Origin: Cenarchaeum sp.
GTDB lineage: Archaea; Thermoproteota; Nitrososphaeria; Nitrososphaerales; Nitrosopumilaceae
Assembly (NCBI GenBank): GCA_963693095.2
Contig: OY843768.1
Location: 1,408,001 to 1,472,000, forward strand
DNA: 64,000 nt
Reading direction: 5' to 3'
Below are positions 48,208-58,900 of this stretch, one piece after another. A program made the position numbers and the translations under genes. How positions within the stretch are numbered: the first letter of the stretch is position 1; each line of letters begins with the position of its first letter. A model generated the notes under the pieces. The model saw only the letters and a program-made list of their open reading frames with translations, had not been told where the DNA came from and did no database searches.

Positions 48208-49311
48208 CTAGATGAGGCCCATGAGGGGCACTAGGATCGCGTCCGGGAGCGGCGCGCACAGGAACGCCAGGACCGCCATTGCCGCAAAGGCGGCCTTTCT
48301 TCCGGCCGGCAGGGGCGAGACGTCATCGAGCGGCTCAGCGCCAGGGCTCCTCATCGAGAGCACGACGATGAGTATGGCCATCGGATAGTAGCCGAGCGCG
48401 GCAAGGACTGCGACGCTGCCGTACGTCGCGTATCGATGCGCCTTGCGCCCGAGAAGAACCCTTGCCATGTGGCCACCGTCGAGCTGCCATGCGGGCAGCA
48501 TGTTTAGAAACGTGATGAAAAACCCAACCCATGCGGCGAATATGACCGGCGTGACTATGATCGTCATGCCATCACCGCCGTTGCCAAACGCCTCAAGTGC
48601 GGCATACATCAGCAGGGGCTGGCCGAGCATCCATGGGTCAAGCCGCATCATTGCGGCCTCCTCGTTCGTTATCGCCGGTGCAGTCGCCGCGCCGACGACC
48701 ATGACGATGATGGCGACTGCGAGGCCGGCGATCGGGCCGGCGATCGCGACATCAAAGAGTATCCTCCTGTTCACCGTCACGCCGCGTGACTGGATAAACG
48801 CGCCAAACGTCGGTATGCCGATGATCGGCAGGCCGGGTATAAAGTATGGCCATGTCGTCCGGAGTCGGTGGTGCCATGATGCCGCCAGGTGCCCAAGCTC
48901 GTGCATCCCGAGGATGCCAAGGAGCGCCAGCGTGTACACTATGGCAACTGCGATGGGGTCGCCTATATGGGCAATCTCGTTTGTCGCCTGGGCCTTGTGC
49001 GCGCCATCGACCATCACAAAGGCCACGACGATGGCAAAGAGCGCGCGTGGAACCCACGGCGACGTGAAAAAGAAGCCCTGCGAGCGCTGCTCCACGCGCT
49101 GGGCGAGTATGCTCGTCTGTCCGGCACTTGACTCGACCCTGCACACGACATCGGTTCCGTCTAGCATGCGCGTCAGGCTCACAAACTTCTCCTCAATATC
49201 GCCCTCGGCGACGCTGATTCTCACAATCCCGTTCTCCTCAGAGACCGAGTCGACAGTCATCAGCGAGGAGACCATGTCCACCACGTCCTGGGCGCTCGGG
49301 CTCCTTACCAC
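48208..49311 (-). CDS. site-2 protease (M50 family)
   Basis: HELGH, PTFGAFI, IAGPIAG, NMLPAWQLDGGH. Confidence 0.92.
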   Translation of the reverse strand: MVRSPSAQDVVDMVSSLMTVDSVSEENGIVRISVAEGDIEEKFVSLTRMLDGTDVVCRVESSAGQTSILAQRVEQRSQGFFFTSPWVPRALFAIVVAFVMVDGAHKAQATNEIAHIGDPIAVAIVYTLALLGILGMHELGHLAASWHHRLRTTWPYFIPGLPIIGIPTFGAFIQSRGVTVNRRILFDVAIAGPIAGLAVAIIVMVVGAATAPAITNEEAAMMRLDPWMLGQPLLMYAALEAFGNGGDGMTIIVTPVIFAAWVGFFITFLNMLPAWQLDGGHMARVLLGRKAHRYATYGSVAVLAALGYYPMAILIVVLSMRSPGAEPLDDVSPLPAGRKAAFAAMAVLAFLCAPLPDAILVPLMGLI

Positions 49312-49585
49312 GTTGAGCCCCGCGCGCGTGCGGCAATTAATGGCTTTTGGGCATGAGCCCGCATGGCCGCACGCAGCCGTGGCGCGGTGCAGGGCTCTCC
49401 CGAGGGGGCACGGGCAGGCCCCATGGCCAGGGAGCCAGATCGCAGGAAGGGGCGAGTGGGCCATGGCAGGGCAGGATGCCTGCTGCGCGACCCTGTGCGG
49501 TCTGGCGGTCATGTGGACGCAGGGCCACAGGGTTGCCGAATTGCCTTCATACTTTAAATAAGGACATTCTGGGGGCGGTTTGAAA

Positions 49586-49888
49586 ATGAAGCGCGCAATG
49601 CCCGTTATCCTGACCCTAGTGGCGCTTTCGATCGCATCATTTGCCGGAACTGCGCACGCGCAGGGCGCAGGCGAGGACTCTACGGGACTAAAGCTCTTTG
49701 GCGCAGGCCTGGCCTTTGGCCTAGCCGCATTTGGGGCAGGAATCGGCCTCGGGCAGGTGGGTGCAGCCGGCCTGGCAGTCATCAGCGAAAACCCCGCTCT
49801 CCAGTCAAAGGTCTTCATATTCGTCGGCATGGTCGAGTCAATCGCGATATATGGCATCGTCATGATGTTCATCATACTCGGCCAATAG
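49586..49888 (+). CDS. atpK: A-type ATP synthase subunit K/c (proteolipid) with a signal-peptide-like leader
   Basis: GAGLAFGLAAFGAGIGLGQVG, GMVESIAIYG; TTTAAATA ~25 bp upstream. Confidence 0.95.
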   Translation: MKRAMPVILTLVALSIASFAGTAHAQGAGEDSTGLKLFGAGLAFGLAAFGAGIGLGQVGAAGLAVISENPALQSKVFIFVGMVESIAIYGIVMMFIILGQ

Positions 49889-50107
49889 GCCAGCCTAACT
49901 TTTGCCCACCAGATCTCCTACTCTTGGCGTGCCTTGTCACACAGGCTAGGGGTTCCTGGCCTCTCGAGTCGGTCTATTCCAGAGCTCTCAGTCATGACGG
50001 GCAGTGCCCCACAGGTGCCTTGTACGAAAAGTAGTGGACTGGGCACGGGTGCTTGCCGGGGGCGTCCAGATCCAGGACTCGCCTTCCCACACGGCGCGCT
50101 GTGCGCC

Positions 50108-50572
50108 CTAGCTCCGGTACTGGAGCCTCTCGTTGTCGAGAATGCGGTCACAGTAGCGGCACTTTAGGACGCGGCCGTCCCTGTCGATGACGTCCATGAC
50201 TGACTCGATGGGCTCGCCGCTGTTGGTGACACAGTCTGGGTTTGTGCACATGAATATGCGCCCAATGGCATCAGGCAGTGAGGCTCGCCTCTTTTCGACT
50301 AGGCGGTACGAGCGCACTATATTGACAGTCGCCCTGGGGGCTATGACTGCGAGCTTGCTCGTGTCATCGTCCTTGAGGAGGACGCCCTCGACCTTTATGA
50401 TGTCCTTTTTGCCGTGCTTTGCGCTAGGCACGTTGAGCGCGACGGTGACCGTCTCGCCGTCCCTGCCGTCGATGCCCAGGGCCGAGACGACGCGCAGTCC
50501 CCTGCCGGCATCGATATGGTCGATCACGGTGCCCTCGCGGATGCGCCTCACGGTCAGCTCCGACTCGTCCAT
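50108..50572 (-). CDS. pyrI: aspartate carbamoyltransferase regulatory chain
   Basis: GTVIDHI, KKDIIK, CTNPDCVT, CRYC. Confidence 0.96.
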   Translation of the reverse strand: MDESELTVRRIREGTVIDHIDAGRGLRVVSALGIDGRDGETVTVALNVPSAKHGKKDIIKVEGVLLKDDDTSKLAVIAPRATVNIVRSYRLVEKRRASLPDAIGRIFMCTNPDCVTNSGEPIESVMDVIDRDGRVLKCRYCDRILDNERLQYRS

Positions 50573-50611
50573 GGCAAGAGTTTGTATAAGTGCCCGTATA
50601 TATGGTGCGCC

Positions 50612-51538
50612 ATGAGCCTGCGCGGGAGCGACGTCATATCGGTCCGTGACCTGGGTCGTGACGGCCTCGAGAGCGTCTTTGCGGCAACTGACCGCATCAT
50701 GGAGATGCCCGAGGCGCAGCGCCGCCTCCTGTGCGCAGGCAAGTCGCTAGGATACCTCTTCTTTGAGCCGAGCACCAGGACGCGCCTGAGCTTTGAGGCC
50801 GCAATGGCATCTGTCGGCGGGACGTCATTGGGCATATCGGACTCGGCATCCTCGTCTGCGCAAAAGGGCGAGTCACTCGCCGACATGGTTCGCATAATGT
50901 CGATATACTCTGACGCCCTGGTCCTGCGCCACTCACTTGACGGCTCGAGCAGGTTTGCCGCCGAGGTCTCGGAGCGCCCAGTCATCAACGGCGGCAGCGG
51001 AACCGAGGAGCATCCCACGCAGGCGATACAGGACCTCTATACCATGCGCCGCGAGCGCGGCAGGATCGACGGACTCACCGTCGGCATCATCGGCGACCTA
51101 AAGTACGGCCGGACAGTCTACTCGCTCCTCCACGCGCTTGGCAACTATGACGTAAAGGTTCACCTAGTCTCCCCCGAGTCGCTGCGCATACGGTCAGACT
51201 CTGTATACGAGATACGCCAAAAGATGGATCTCGCCGAGTCGACTAGCCTCAATGACTGCATTGACGCACTAGACGTCGTGTACGTCACGCGCGTGCAGCG
51301 TGAGCGCTTTCCGGACAGTGAAGAGTACCAAAAGGTTCGCGGGAGCTATATCATTGGCACGGACATGCTCCAAAAGATGAAGAGCGAGGCTATCATCATG
51401 CACCCCCTCCCGCGCCTCGACGAGATAGCCACAGAGGTCGACTCGTCGCCGGCGGCGCGCTACTTTGAGCAGGCGCGCTATGGCATGCACACGCGCGCGG
51501 CCCTCCTCGCGCTGATTCTTGGCGACTGGAAGGCCTAG
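50612..51538 (+). CDS. pyrB: aspartate carbamoyltransferase catalytic chain
   Basis: FFEPSTRTRLSF, HPTQ, GDLKYGRT, HPLPR. Confidence 0.97.
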   Translation: MSLRGSDVISVRDLGRDGLESVFAATDRIMEMPEAQRRLLCAGKSLGYLFFEPSTRTRLSFEAAMASVGGTSLGISDSASSSAQKGESLADMVRIMSIYSDALVLRHSLDGSSRFAAEVSERPVINGGSGTEEHPTQAIQDLYTMRRERGRIDGLTVGIIGDLKYGRTVYSLLHALGNYDVKVHLVSPESLRIRSDSVYEIRQKMDLAESTSLNDCIDALDVVYVTRVQRERFPDSEEYQKVRGSYIIGTDMLQKMKSEAIIMHPLPRLDEIATEVDSSPAARYFEQARYGMHTRAALLALILGDWKA

Positions 51539-51818
51539 GCGAACAGACTCTGCGCGCCACTGATGTTCGCGCATGTGCCCCGGCATACAGACTGTATTCA
51601 ACAGCACATGGCCGGGGCCACACGGTTCTGAAGGTCAGCGATGGCATGCGCGCATGATGCCATCAGGGGCGCGTTCGCCTGTCTTCTGCCACGTTCGTAC
51701 AGTCATGTAAGCGGGGACGTCTAGAGGCGCCGAGACAAGCGGGGTGGGCAGAATGCGACAGTTTAGGCTGGAGATCGTAGGCGCCAATCACGCCTGATGG
51801 ATCCAAAAACAGTTAAAA

Positions 51819-51977
51819 ATGGAGCCTGACGACACCACCATGTTGGATGACGACGAGAGGATGAAGAAGGCGAGGGAAAGGGTCGCCAAGATGGAGCTGG
51901 GCGGTCCAAAGTTTGCGTCACCGGAAGAATACATGCGCGGACAGGCACCTGACTATAAACCCAAAAAGCAGGAGTGA
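51819..51977 (+). CDS. 52-aa charged hypothetical peptide at the island edge
   Basis: Hand translation MEPDDTTMLDDDERMKKARERVAKMELGGPKFASPEEYMRGQAPDYKPKKQE. Confidence 0.4.
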   Translation: MEPDDTTMLDDDERMKKARERVAKMELGGPKFASPEEYMRGQAPDYKPKKQE

Positions 51978-52037
51978 CGATGACTCCAGAGTCAGACTCG
52001 AATGACGGAGTTGCTAATTGGCACGATAATAAATGAT

Positions 52038-53486
52038 TTATTCTGTGATGGTAAATGAACGTGCCAATATTCTTGAATATGATATATAGTTAAGCAGATG
52101 AGGAAGATCATCAAAGAGATTTTTCCATAAGGGATTAGAAGGGTCAGCTTTTTGAAGGTTGTTAAAATGGTCAGATCTACGCAATATACCTTTGGTTGCT
52201 GGATCAAGCGAGTGTGTCGAACGAAGATCATTAATTTTTACCAGGTTAATCAGCTTGACAAGATCTGAAAAGAGATCAAAACGAAGATTATGTAAAGACA
52301 TATAGCTTAGTAATGCTGGTGGAATAATGTATACAAAGTCATCATGTTTATGCAATAGTGGGTTAAGTCCAGTAATCGATACGTCAAGACCATCTTGGTC
52401 AAATAGTTTGCTCCAAGACTCATCAAAAAATTCTTTATTTGATGATAAAATTGTAAATAGTTGCTGTTGTAAATCAGTAAGAGTGATTGATTCAATAAAT
52501 TTGAATGCATTCAGATTATTTAAATGAGTGTGAACAGCTATAGAGGTAAGAACTTTGAGATCAGAGAGCGAGGGTGTGCGCATAATTGAACCAAGTTTGC
52601 CAGCAATTACTAATAACGAATTTTTATTTTTAAATGCATGACGTCGAATAATAATACAATTGACGATATCGCCGGGTTCAAGCTCAGAAGCTAGTGGTTC
52701 AACAACAAATAAACGAGTGTTTAGAGAAGTGAATTTAGGAGGTTTAGAGAGAATTTTACCTTGAATTGCGCGATATTGAAACCGATCCTGTAAAAAATCA
52801 AATTGATGAACAGATGAATCAATTTTAACGATCTTTACTAGTGTTTTAAATACATCACATGTCTCAAGAAGTTCTGTGTAGCCATGATAAATAAAATTAT
52901 GGAAAGAATCATAGTCATTATTAATATCAGCAGCAGGCAATCGCCAATAAGAGTAAGTAAAACACTGATCAACTATTTTAGAATGAGTAATGTTTGGCCG
53001 TTCAATATTAGTAGCCCAATTTCTGAGAAGAAAATTCAAACTAGAAAATTGTGGCGGGATATTACGCTCAAATTTGAATCGTTCATACACATCAGAAACA
53101 AGAACACGCTGAGCAGAATTAGGAAAATATTCATGTATGCGTTTAGTTCCATGTAGATGCATCAATGTAAAATGGTTTAGATCTTGAACATATGTGGCAA
53201 GAAAAGCAGCTGGTGCGCGTGTATCAAAATAATGTATTTTACGACTAAGCAGGTTAAAAGATTGTGGAGAGAATAATGATAACGGTAATCTCAAGTTAAG
53301 CCGTATGCACGCATTATCTTTAACACTTTCAATACGCATATGTTCAATATCAGGAACTGAGCGAGAAGTAAGTTCTGCAATTCTTTGAGAAGAAACCAGA
53401 ATTAACTGTGTTAAAAATTTAGGATATGAAGGCTCAATAAGCTTTTCTAAAATTTGGATTTCTATATTTTCGCGAGATGGCATCAA
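52038..53486 (-). CDS. unknown 482-aa protein, last gene of the DISARM-like operon
   Basis: Long ORF in AT-rich DNA, ATGA overlap with the drmC stop; no recognised motif. Confidence 0.8.
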   Translation of the reverse strand: MMPSRENIEIQILEKLIEPSYPKFLTQLILVSSQRIAELTSRSVPDIEHMRIESVKDNACIRLNLRLPLSLFSPQSFNLLSRKIHYFDTRAPAAFLATYVQDLNHFTLMHLHGTKRIHEYFPNSAQRVLVSDVYERFKFERNIPPQFSSLNFLLRNWATNIERPNITHSKIVDQCFTYSYWRLPAADINNDYDSFHNFIYHGYTELLETCDVFKTLVKIVKIDSSVHQFDFLQDRFQYRAIQGKILSKPPKFTSLNTRLFVVEPLASELEPGDIVNCIIIRRHAFKNKNSLLVIAGKLGSIMRTPSLSDLKVLTSIAVHTHLNNLNAFKFIESITLTDLQQQLFTILSSNKEFFDESWSKLFDQDGLDVSITGLNPLLHKHDDFVYIIPPALLSYMSLHNLRFDLFSDLVKLINLVKINDLRSTHSLDPATKGILRRSDHFNNLQKADPSNPLWKNLFDDLPHLLNYISYSRILARSFTITE

Positions 53487-53998
53487 AGATCATCTCCTTG
53501 TTTTATAGAACGCGCAAGCACATCCAACATATTAGCAATTTTGGAAACAGAATTTCCGTTAATTTTAAGCATAATTTCATAATTATAATTCATAGCATTT
53601 TTAGATATGTTAGGAGATCCTATCAACGCAAATTTTCTATCGATTACTATAATTTTAGCGTGAAGAGAACCATATTTGTGCTTTATTTGAAAGTTAAATA
53701 GATCAAAATTTGAAAATTTTTGAAAAGCAATCAATTTTTGTCTTGAAAAGTCTCCAATGGTTGATCCTTCCAAATCATTAACAATAAATTGAACATAACA
53801 ACCAGCATTAATTTGATCTTGAATAATATCAAAAAATGTTTTCATTTCAAAATTATCTCGGCCTAAAGAAAATGCCGAGATTTGTATGCTAGTCCGGGCT
53901 TGTTTTAGTGAATCAAAAACTGTGTCTACTATATTACTTGCTTCGTATCCTACCCATAATGCGCCAGATGCAGAAATTGAAGCAATCTCACGGGTCAA
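53483..53998 (-). CDS. drmC: DISARM phospholipase D-family nuclease DrmC
   Basis: Single HKD motif LHAKIIVIDRKFALIGSPN...NYE; coupled to drmB. Confidence 0.85.
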   Translation of the reverse strand: MTREIASISASGALWVGYEASNIVDTVFDSLKQARTSIQISAFSLGRDNFEMKTFFDIIQDQINAGCYVQFIVNDLEGSTIGDFSRQKLIAFQKFSNFDLFNFQIKHKYGSLHAKIIVIDRKFALIGSPNISKNAMNYNYEIMLKINGNSVSKIANMLDVLARSIKQGDDL

Positions 53999-55944
53999 CG
54001 CTTAAGTGACTCCAAAAGAAGGTTACGATCTAAAAACTTGTTGTAAGAATCACATGATGTTTCAGAAACAAATAAGCAAGCATGACAAGCAGCACCATTA
54101 AACCGATTGTGGGTTTTCCGTCTATCAACACAAACAGGATCATTGGAACATATACGGATGTTATGATAAACATGGGATAGAATCTCTGAAAATGACGGAG
54201 CTAGGCTAATTAGACCCCCCAAGGTTCCGTCTCCCCCGGGCTGAGCTGTGTAAAGCAGAAGGCCAGATGTGTGTCGGCCAGACTCATCCTCATGACAATA
54301 AACACGCTCAGCAATACTTGCAGATGAAAATCCCGAACTGATTGCAAGCTGGTTAATGATTTTATGAGACAGCGCATGCCACCACACAAATCTAGGATTA
54401 GTTTTTCTTTTAGCTTCTAAACTTTTTTTAGACCAAGATTCATAGGTTGTGTTCCAAGCATCAAATGAGTCGTTTGAAGTATTTAGAACAGTGAGGGGGT
54501 CAAAGTTTATGTTTTTGTCAGAAGGGTCACATACTTGTATAAATAATCCTTCACCACGCAGTTGATGGCCAACAAACCACCTAGTATCATCTTCGTCATA
54601 GTAATTATAAATCAATTTACCCTGACGGTGGATGATTGGTATATTAGCATCATCCGAATCATCAAGTTCGTGTGTAACAACCTCACGCGAATATCCCAAT
54701 TGTACGCGGGTTAAATGTAATTGACGTATTGGAGAAATTCGGAAGTGGAGATTGAAATCCTCATGAAAGAAATCTATCGAATCAGTAGGTTCAATATGTA
54801 AACCAGTGAACGTACCATGTTTTTGGGGAGGAAAACCGTTTACGGTTGCATTAAGTAAATTGTTAAATTCATCATTAATCACGTTTTCAAAGTCAAATTC
54901 TGATTTATCAGATTGTTTTTTTGTCATATCTTCTGAAATTTTTGTAAGCGCATGTTTTATTTCATCCAATGTGGAAGTTTCAATAGCAGGTATAGGAAGA
55001 TTAGCATTGTATTTTTGATTAATTCGTTTACAATGATCAAGAAATTGCGTGTGTGTAAAATTAGGAGAGTTGTTGTGAAGAAATAGATCTAATGCCAATG
55101 GGTTTTCAGAGAGTATTCCAAGCTTACCAGGTACAGGAGGAATAGAAACGGCCAACATCAAGTCCACAACACGGATATTGCTAGAGTTTTTTAGTATAAG
55201 TTTAGAAGGTTCGCCACATGTTGAGATATTGTCTCTGGGAGGGTATTCTTGCATCACGCCAGAACATTGCAAAGTACCATTATCAGATTTTGACCGAAGT
55301 TCAAAGTACGAAACAGATTTATCACAATTTGTGCGCTGAAATGAACCATTTTCATAATAACCGTAACATCGAACAGTGAAATTATTATCACTATCAGATT
55401 CGTCCCATTCAAATACATCACCTAGGCATTCAAAGTGTCCACGATGAACCTCATATTTCCAATCAATGTCATCCAAATGACCGTTGTTACACGCCCTAAC
55501 AAATCGTACCGATGAACCTCTGTTTTTGTGACGTTTTGAAAGATTAGCATTGCTAGAACAGTTTGGACAGCGGATTTCAGCATGACCAGATATGTTTTGT
55601 AACTTAGACAATACAGGAGTTCCCGGATGGGCATTGCAAACAGACCAACGAGGAAATATGAAAGATCGAAACAAATATGTATTGTCGTCAGGGGTCAGAT
55701 CAGCGTTAGATGGCATTTGAAATATTTTAATAGCTTTTTTAGCAGGAAATTTTCTTTTTAGTATATTTTCCATATTAGAATCTTTAATGCAGAATGAATT
55801 TAATTGAAAATCAGGAAAACGACGAAAGTCGTCTATTATATTCAACAAAGACGGAATCACCACATAGCCACTTGCAATCGGAATCATCGATCCACTACCA
55901 TAGGTAGTAACATATTGTGATGGTCGTAATTGAACACTAGGCAT
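53995..55944 (-). CDS. drmB: DISARM DUF1998 protein DrmB
   Basis: LRPSQYVTTYGSG, RFVRACNNGHLDD, HALSH, DGTLGGL, CSNDPVC...GAACHACLFVSETSC...NKFLDR. Confidence 0.92.
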   Translation of the reverse strand: MPSVQLRPSQYVTTYGSGSMIPIASGYVVIPSLLNIIDDFRRFPDFQLNSFCIKDSNMENILKRKFPAKKAIKIFQMPSNADLTPDDNTYLFRSFIFPRWSVCNAHPGTPVLSKLQNISGHAEIRCPNCSSNANLSKRHKNRGSSVRFVRACNNGHLDDIDWKYEVHRGHFECLGDVFEWDESDSDNNFTVRCYGYYENGSFQRTNCDKSVSYFELRSKSDNGTLQCSGVMQEYPPRDNISTCGEPSKLILKNSSNIRVVDLMLAVSIPPVPGKLGILSENPLALDLFLHNNSPNFTHTQFLDHCKRINQKYNANLPIPAIETSTLDEIKHALTKISEDMTKKQSDKSEFDFENVINDEFNNLLNATVNGFPPQKHGTFTGLHIEPTDSIDFFHEDFNLHFRISPIRQLHLTRVQLGYSREVVTHELDDSDDANIPIIHRQGKLIYNYYDEDDTRWFVGHQLRGEGLFIQVCDPSDKNINFDPLTVLNTSNDSFDAWNTTYESWSKKSLEAKRKTNPRFVWWHALSHKIINQLAISSGFSSASIAERVYCHEDESGRHTSGLLLYTAQPGGDGTLGGLISLAPSFSEILSHVYHNIRICSNDPVCVDRRKTHNRFNGAACHACLFVSETSCDSYNKFLDRNLLLESLKR

Positions 55945-58900
55945 CTGAAACAAACCCCCATTTTTCACCCATTGTGAATGTCGGCTCAACATCACGAAGT
56001 GAGTAATGCACATTTTTGTAAGCAGAAATTTTACCAGCCATTTGATGATGTTTTGTGCCGAGCACAACATGATTTTTTAGTTTAGCTCTAGTAGATTGAT
56101 TATAAATAAATTTATCGCCATAGTCTCTAGAAATCCGATTCGCACAACTGTTCCATATACAAATAGCGTCATTAAACAGCAGAGTAAACTCGTCAGAACT
56201 AACTGGCAAATCTGAATCAGGCGACAGATTGGAAAGAAGTGTTTTTGCAGAGTCAAATATTTGAGTTAGAGAAGTGCAAAGTGCAGTTATTTCATCATTT
56301 TTGTGATGTCCAATCATATAGTTAGGATTGTTTTGCCAATCAGCAGAAACAGGTTGTTGGGCAATGTGGCCAGCATTTCGTAGTATAGCCACAATTATTG
56401 GGCCAAGACATGTCTTTAACGCTTTTTCAGAAAATGGAGAGGCACTAATAGGTTCTACAAAACGGTTTATAGCTCTATGATACCCAACAAAATTTTCATA
56501 ATGACTAAGATCACGAACTCGTGTAGCACGCAGCCAAGTAATCACAAGTCCGGGATGTTTGCGTCCAATACGACCGGTTGATTGAATGTAGCTAGATGTG
56601 GATTTTGGCTGCCCCACAACAGTCATAAGTCCAAGTCTATCAATATCAATTCCTGTACCAAAAATAGAGGTAGTGAAAAGAGCATCAATTTTTCCAGGTT
56701 TTTCTAGATCTTCCATAGCTTTAGGGAGATCTAGAGATTTGACAGAGCTAGAAAGCTCAACAGCTTTTGTTTGATCTAAGTATCTATGAGAATAGTTTAA
56801 GCTGACCATTATAGATTCAGGAATTTTGCTTGTTTGTTCTACAGAACTAAAAACTATTTTATTATTTTTGATTTGAAATTTATTTGTGATGTGTGACTTT
56901 CGATCACTAGCACCACATTGAAAAGAGGTAGTTGATGAATAGTTGTGAATAGCAACCCACACGAGCGTTCCACGAGATGATGGAATTGGGGTTTCAAGCA
57001 ACAATTCATTTGCATTTTTATGACAACGCTTGACAAATTCATCTGTTGTGTTCGAAAGTAGTTTAGACGGAGTATCATCGATCGGATTATTGTCGTACAA
57101 GGCAACAGACATTTCGCCCGATTCGTTAGAGCAATAGATGGTAATGGAGACAAGGTCAGAGTCATGGGAAAGTAGAACAGGAATAAACCTCGTTCCCGGA
57201 TCGAATTGACTGTTGTCTAATCTGTGTGAGATTGAAAAGTCATTCTTTGAGCTCAATTTTTTAACATCACGTATAATATCAGAATTGTACAAATTGCGCG
57301 CAATGGCCAATTCACGAATTGCATTGAAGTATCCCACAAGTGTCCAATATGCATCAAGATTAGCAGGCATTGCCTGGGATTTTGGGGATTTATGAAGTCG
57401 GTAAATTGAACTAAGTAATGATGCATATATTCTCACCAACCCAAGTAGCATGCTTCTTGGGGCAAGTAGTCCAATATAAAGTCGTCCGGGAGTATCACAC
57501 GAACATGAAGGATCTTCGTCAATTTTGCTAAAATAATTATCGCCGTCACGTATACCCGGAGGCGGGAACACACGTGCAGTACGTCTGTAAACCACTGCAA
57601 CCTGACGTGAAGATTCTTTGATTGTAGCCGTAGATGCAATGTATTTAATTTTAGGAGTGCCCGGAGAAGAAAGTATATCAATAGCGATTTCGTAAAGGCC
57701 AACCATGCTTCCCAATGGGCCTTCAATAAGATGAAGCTCATCCTGTATAATTAATGACGGTGGATAAAAATTGGGCACAGGATCAGATAAACTATCGTCT
57801 TTGTACGTGCCAGCACGGTGAAATCCATCAAACATGTGATAAGTGTCAACATTGCCGAATATGGATGCTGCTTCGGGTTTAAATGCCAATTGGGCAAATT
57901 TGTCAGTAGTGGCAATTATAACTGTCGGGCAACGGCCATACACTTGTGGATCGATTGTAAAGGCCGAAATAGGAGTGCTAATCGACTTATTAGGATCATT
58001 TTGTGAAACAAACGGCTTGGCTATGAGCGTTTGACCACGAGGCATAGTTTTTTCAAACCAAGGGATCTCCCACGTTAAGCAATCGGGGTTTGGGCAGTGT
58101 ATAGAAAAATCAAATCGCTTATTAGAATTATTCTCATACAAAAAGAAATAGCCCGGTCGTGATGCACGAGTGCATTGGAGCGGAACACTGTATTTTGTAA
58201 GCTTAAGTGCCCGCATTATATCATCACGCCACCATTTATCTATATTGTCAGAAGAGAGATGGTTAGTACGAAAATGTACACGTAGAGCACAATAGGTACC
58301 GTGTTCATTAGTGTGAATACGAGAAAGAGATTTTGCTGGTGAGCCATCTTTTTTGCATATAATGTGCCCATTACCACAAAATTTTGAATTGTCTATTGAA
58401 TCGAATTCTTCAGACACCATATTGGTTTCTACAATCCAGGTAATAGTAAAAATTTCACGGTTTGTAATTTCTTTGTCAGAAATTGCCAATAATGATCCAC
58501 AACAAGGACACTTTGTAATTTGGGCAGGTTCGCCGCTATTCCCTCGACTAGTTCCAGGAGGAAGCGGAGATAGGGCGCCTTCAGCATTAAGGAAAGATCC
58601 AACTTGTTCAAACCGGTTAGGAGTTATATCACCGATCCACAATCCTAACGAAAAACGGTTTTGACCCCAGAGATTTTTTCGTGAATCTCTTTCGATCAAA
58701 TCTGGATCAGTAAATTCAACATTTCGAGGCAGCCAATGCTTGACTCTCAACATATCAGAGGCGAGGATTAATCCCAACGTCCTACTAAATTGCTGAATTG
58801 TCAAAAGTCGGAGAGTGTATCGAGATATGATAGAAACACCGCCATCTGTTTGAAAGTCTTTGTACGTAACAAGTCGGCGATAGGCAAAAGTAAACGCCAT

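Noticed and set aside
49312-49875. 555-aa extended M50 protease ORF
   Set aside because: The N-terminal extension is antisense to atpK and the spacer. A TATA-like element ~25 bp before GTG 49311 supports the shorter gene.
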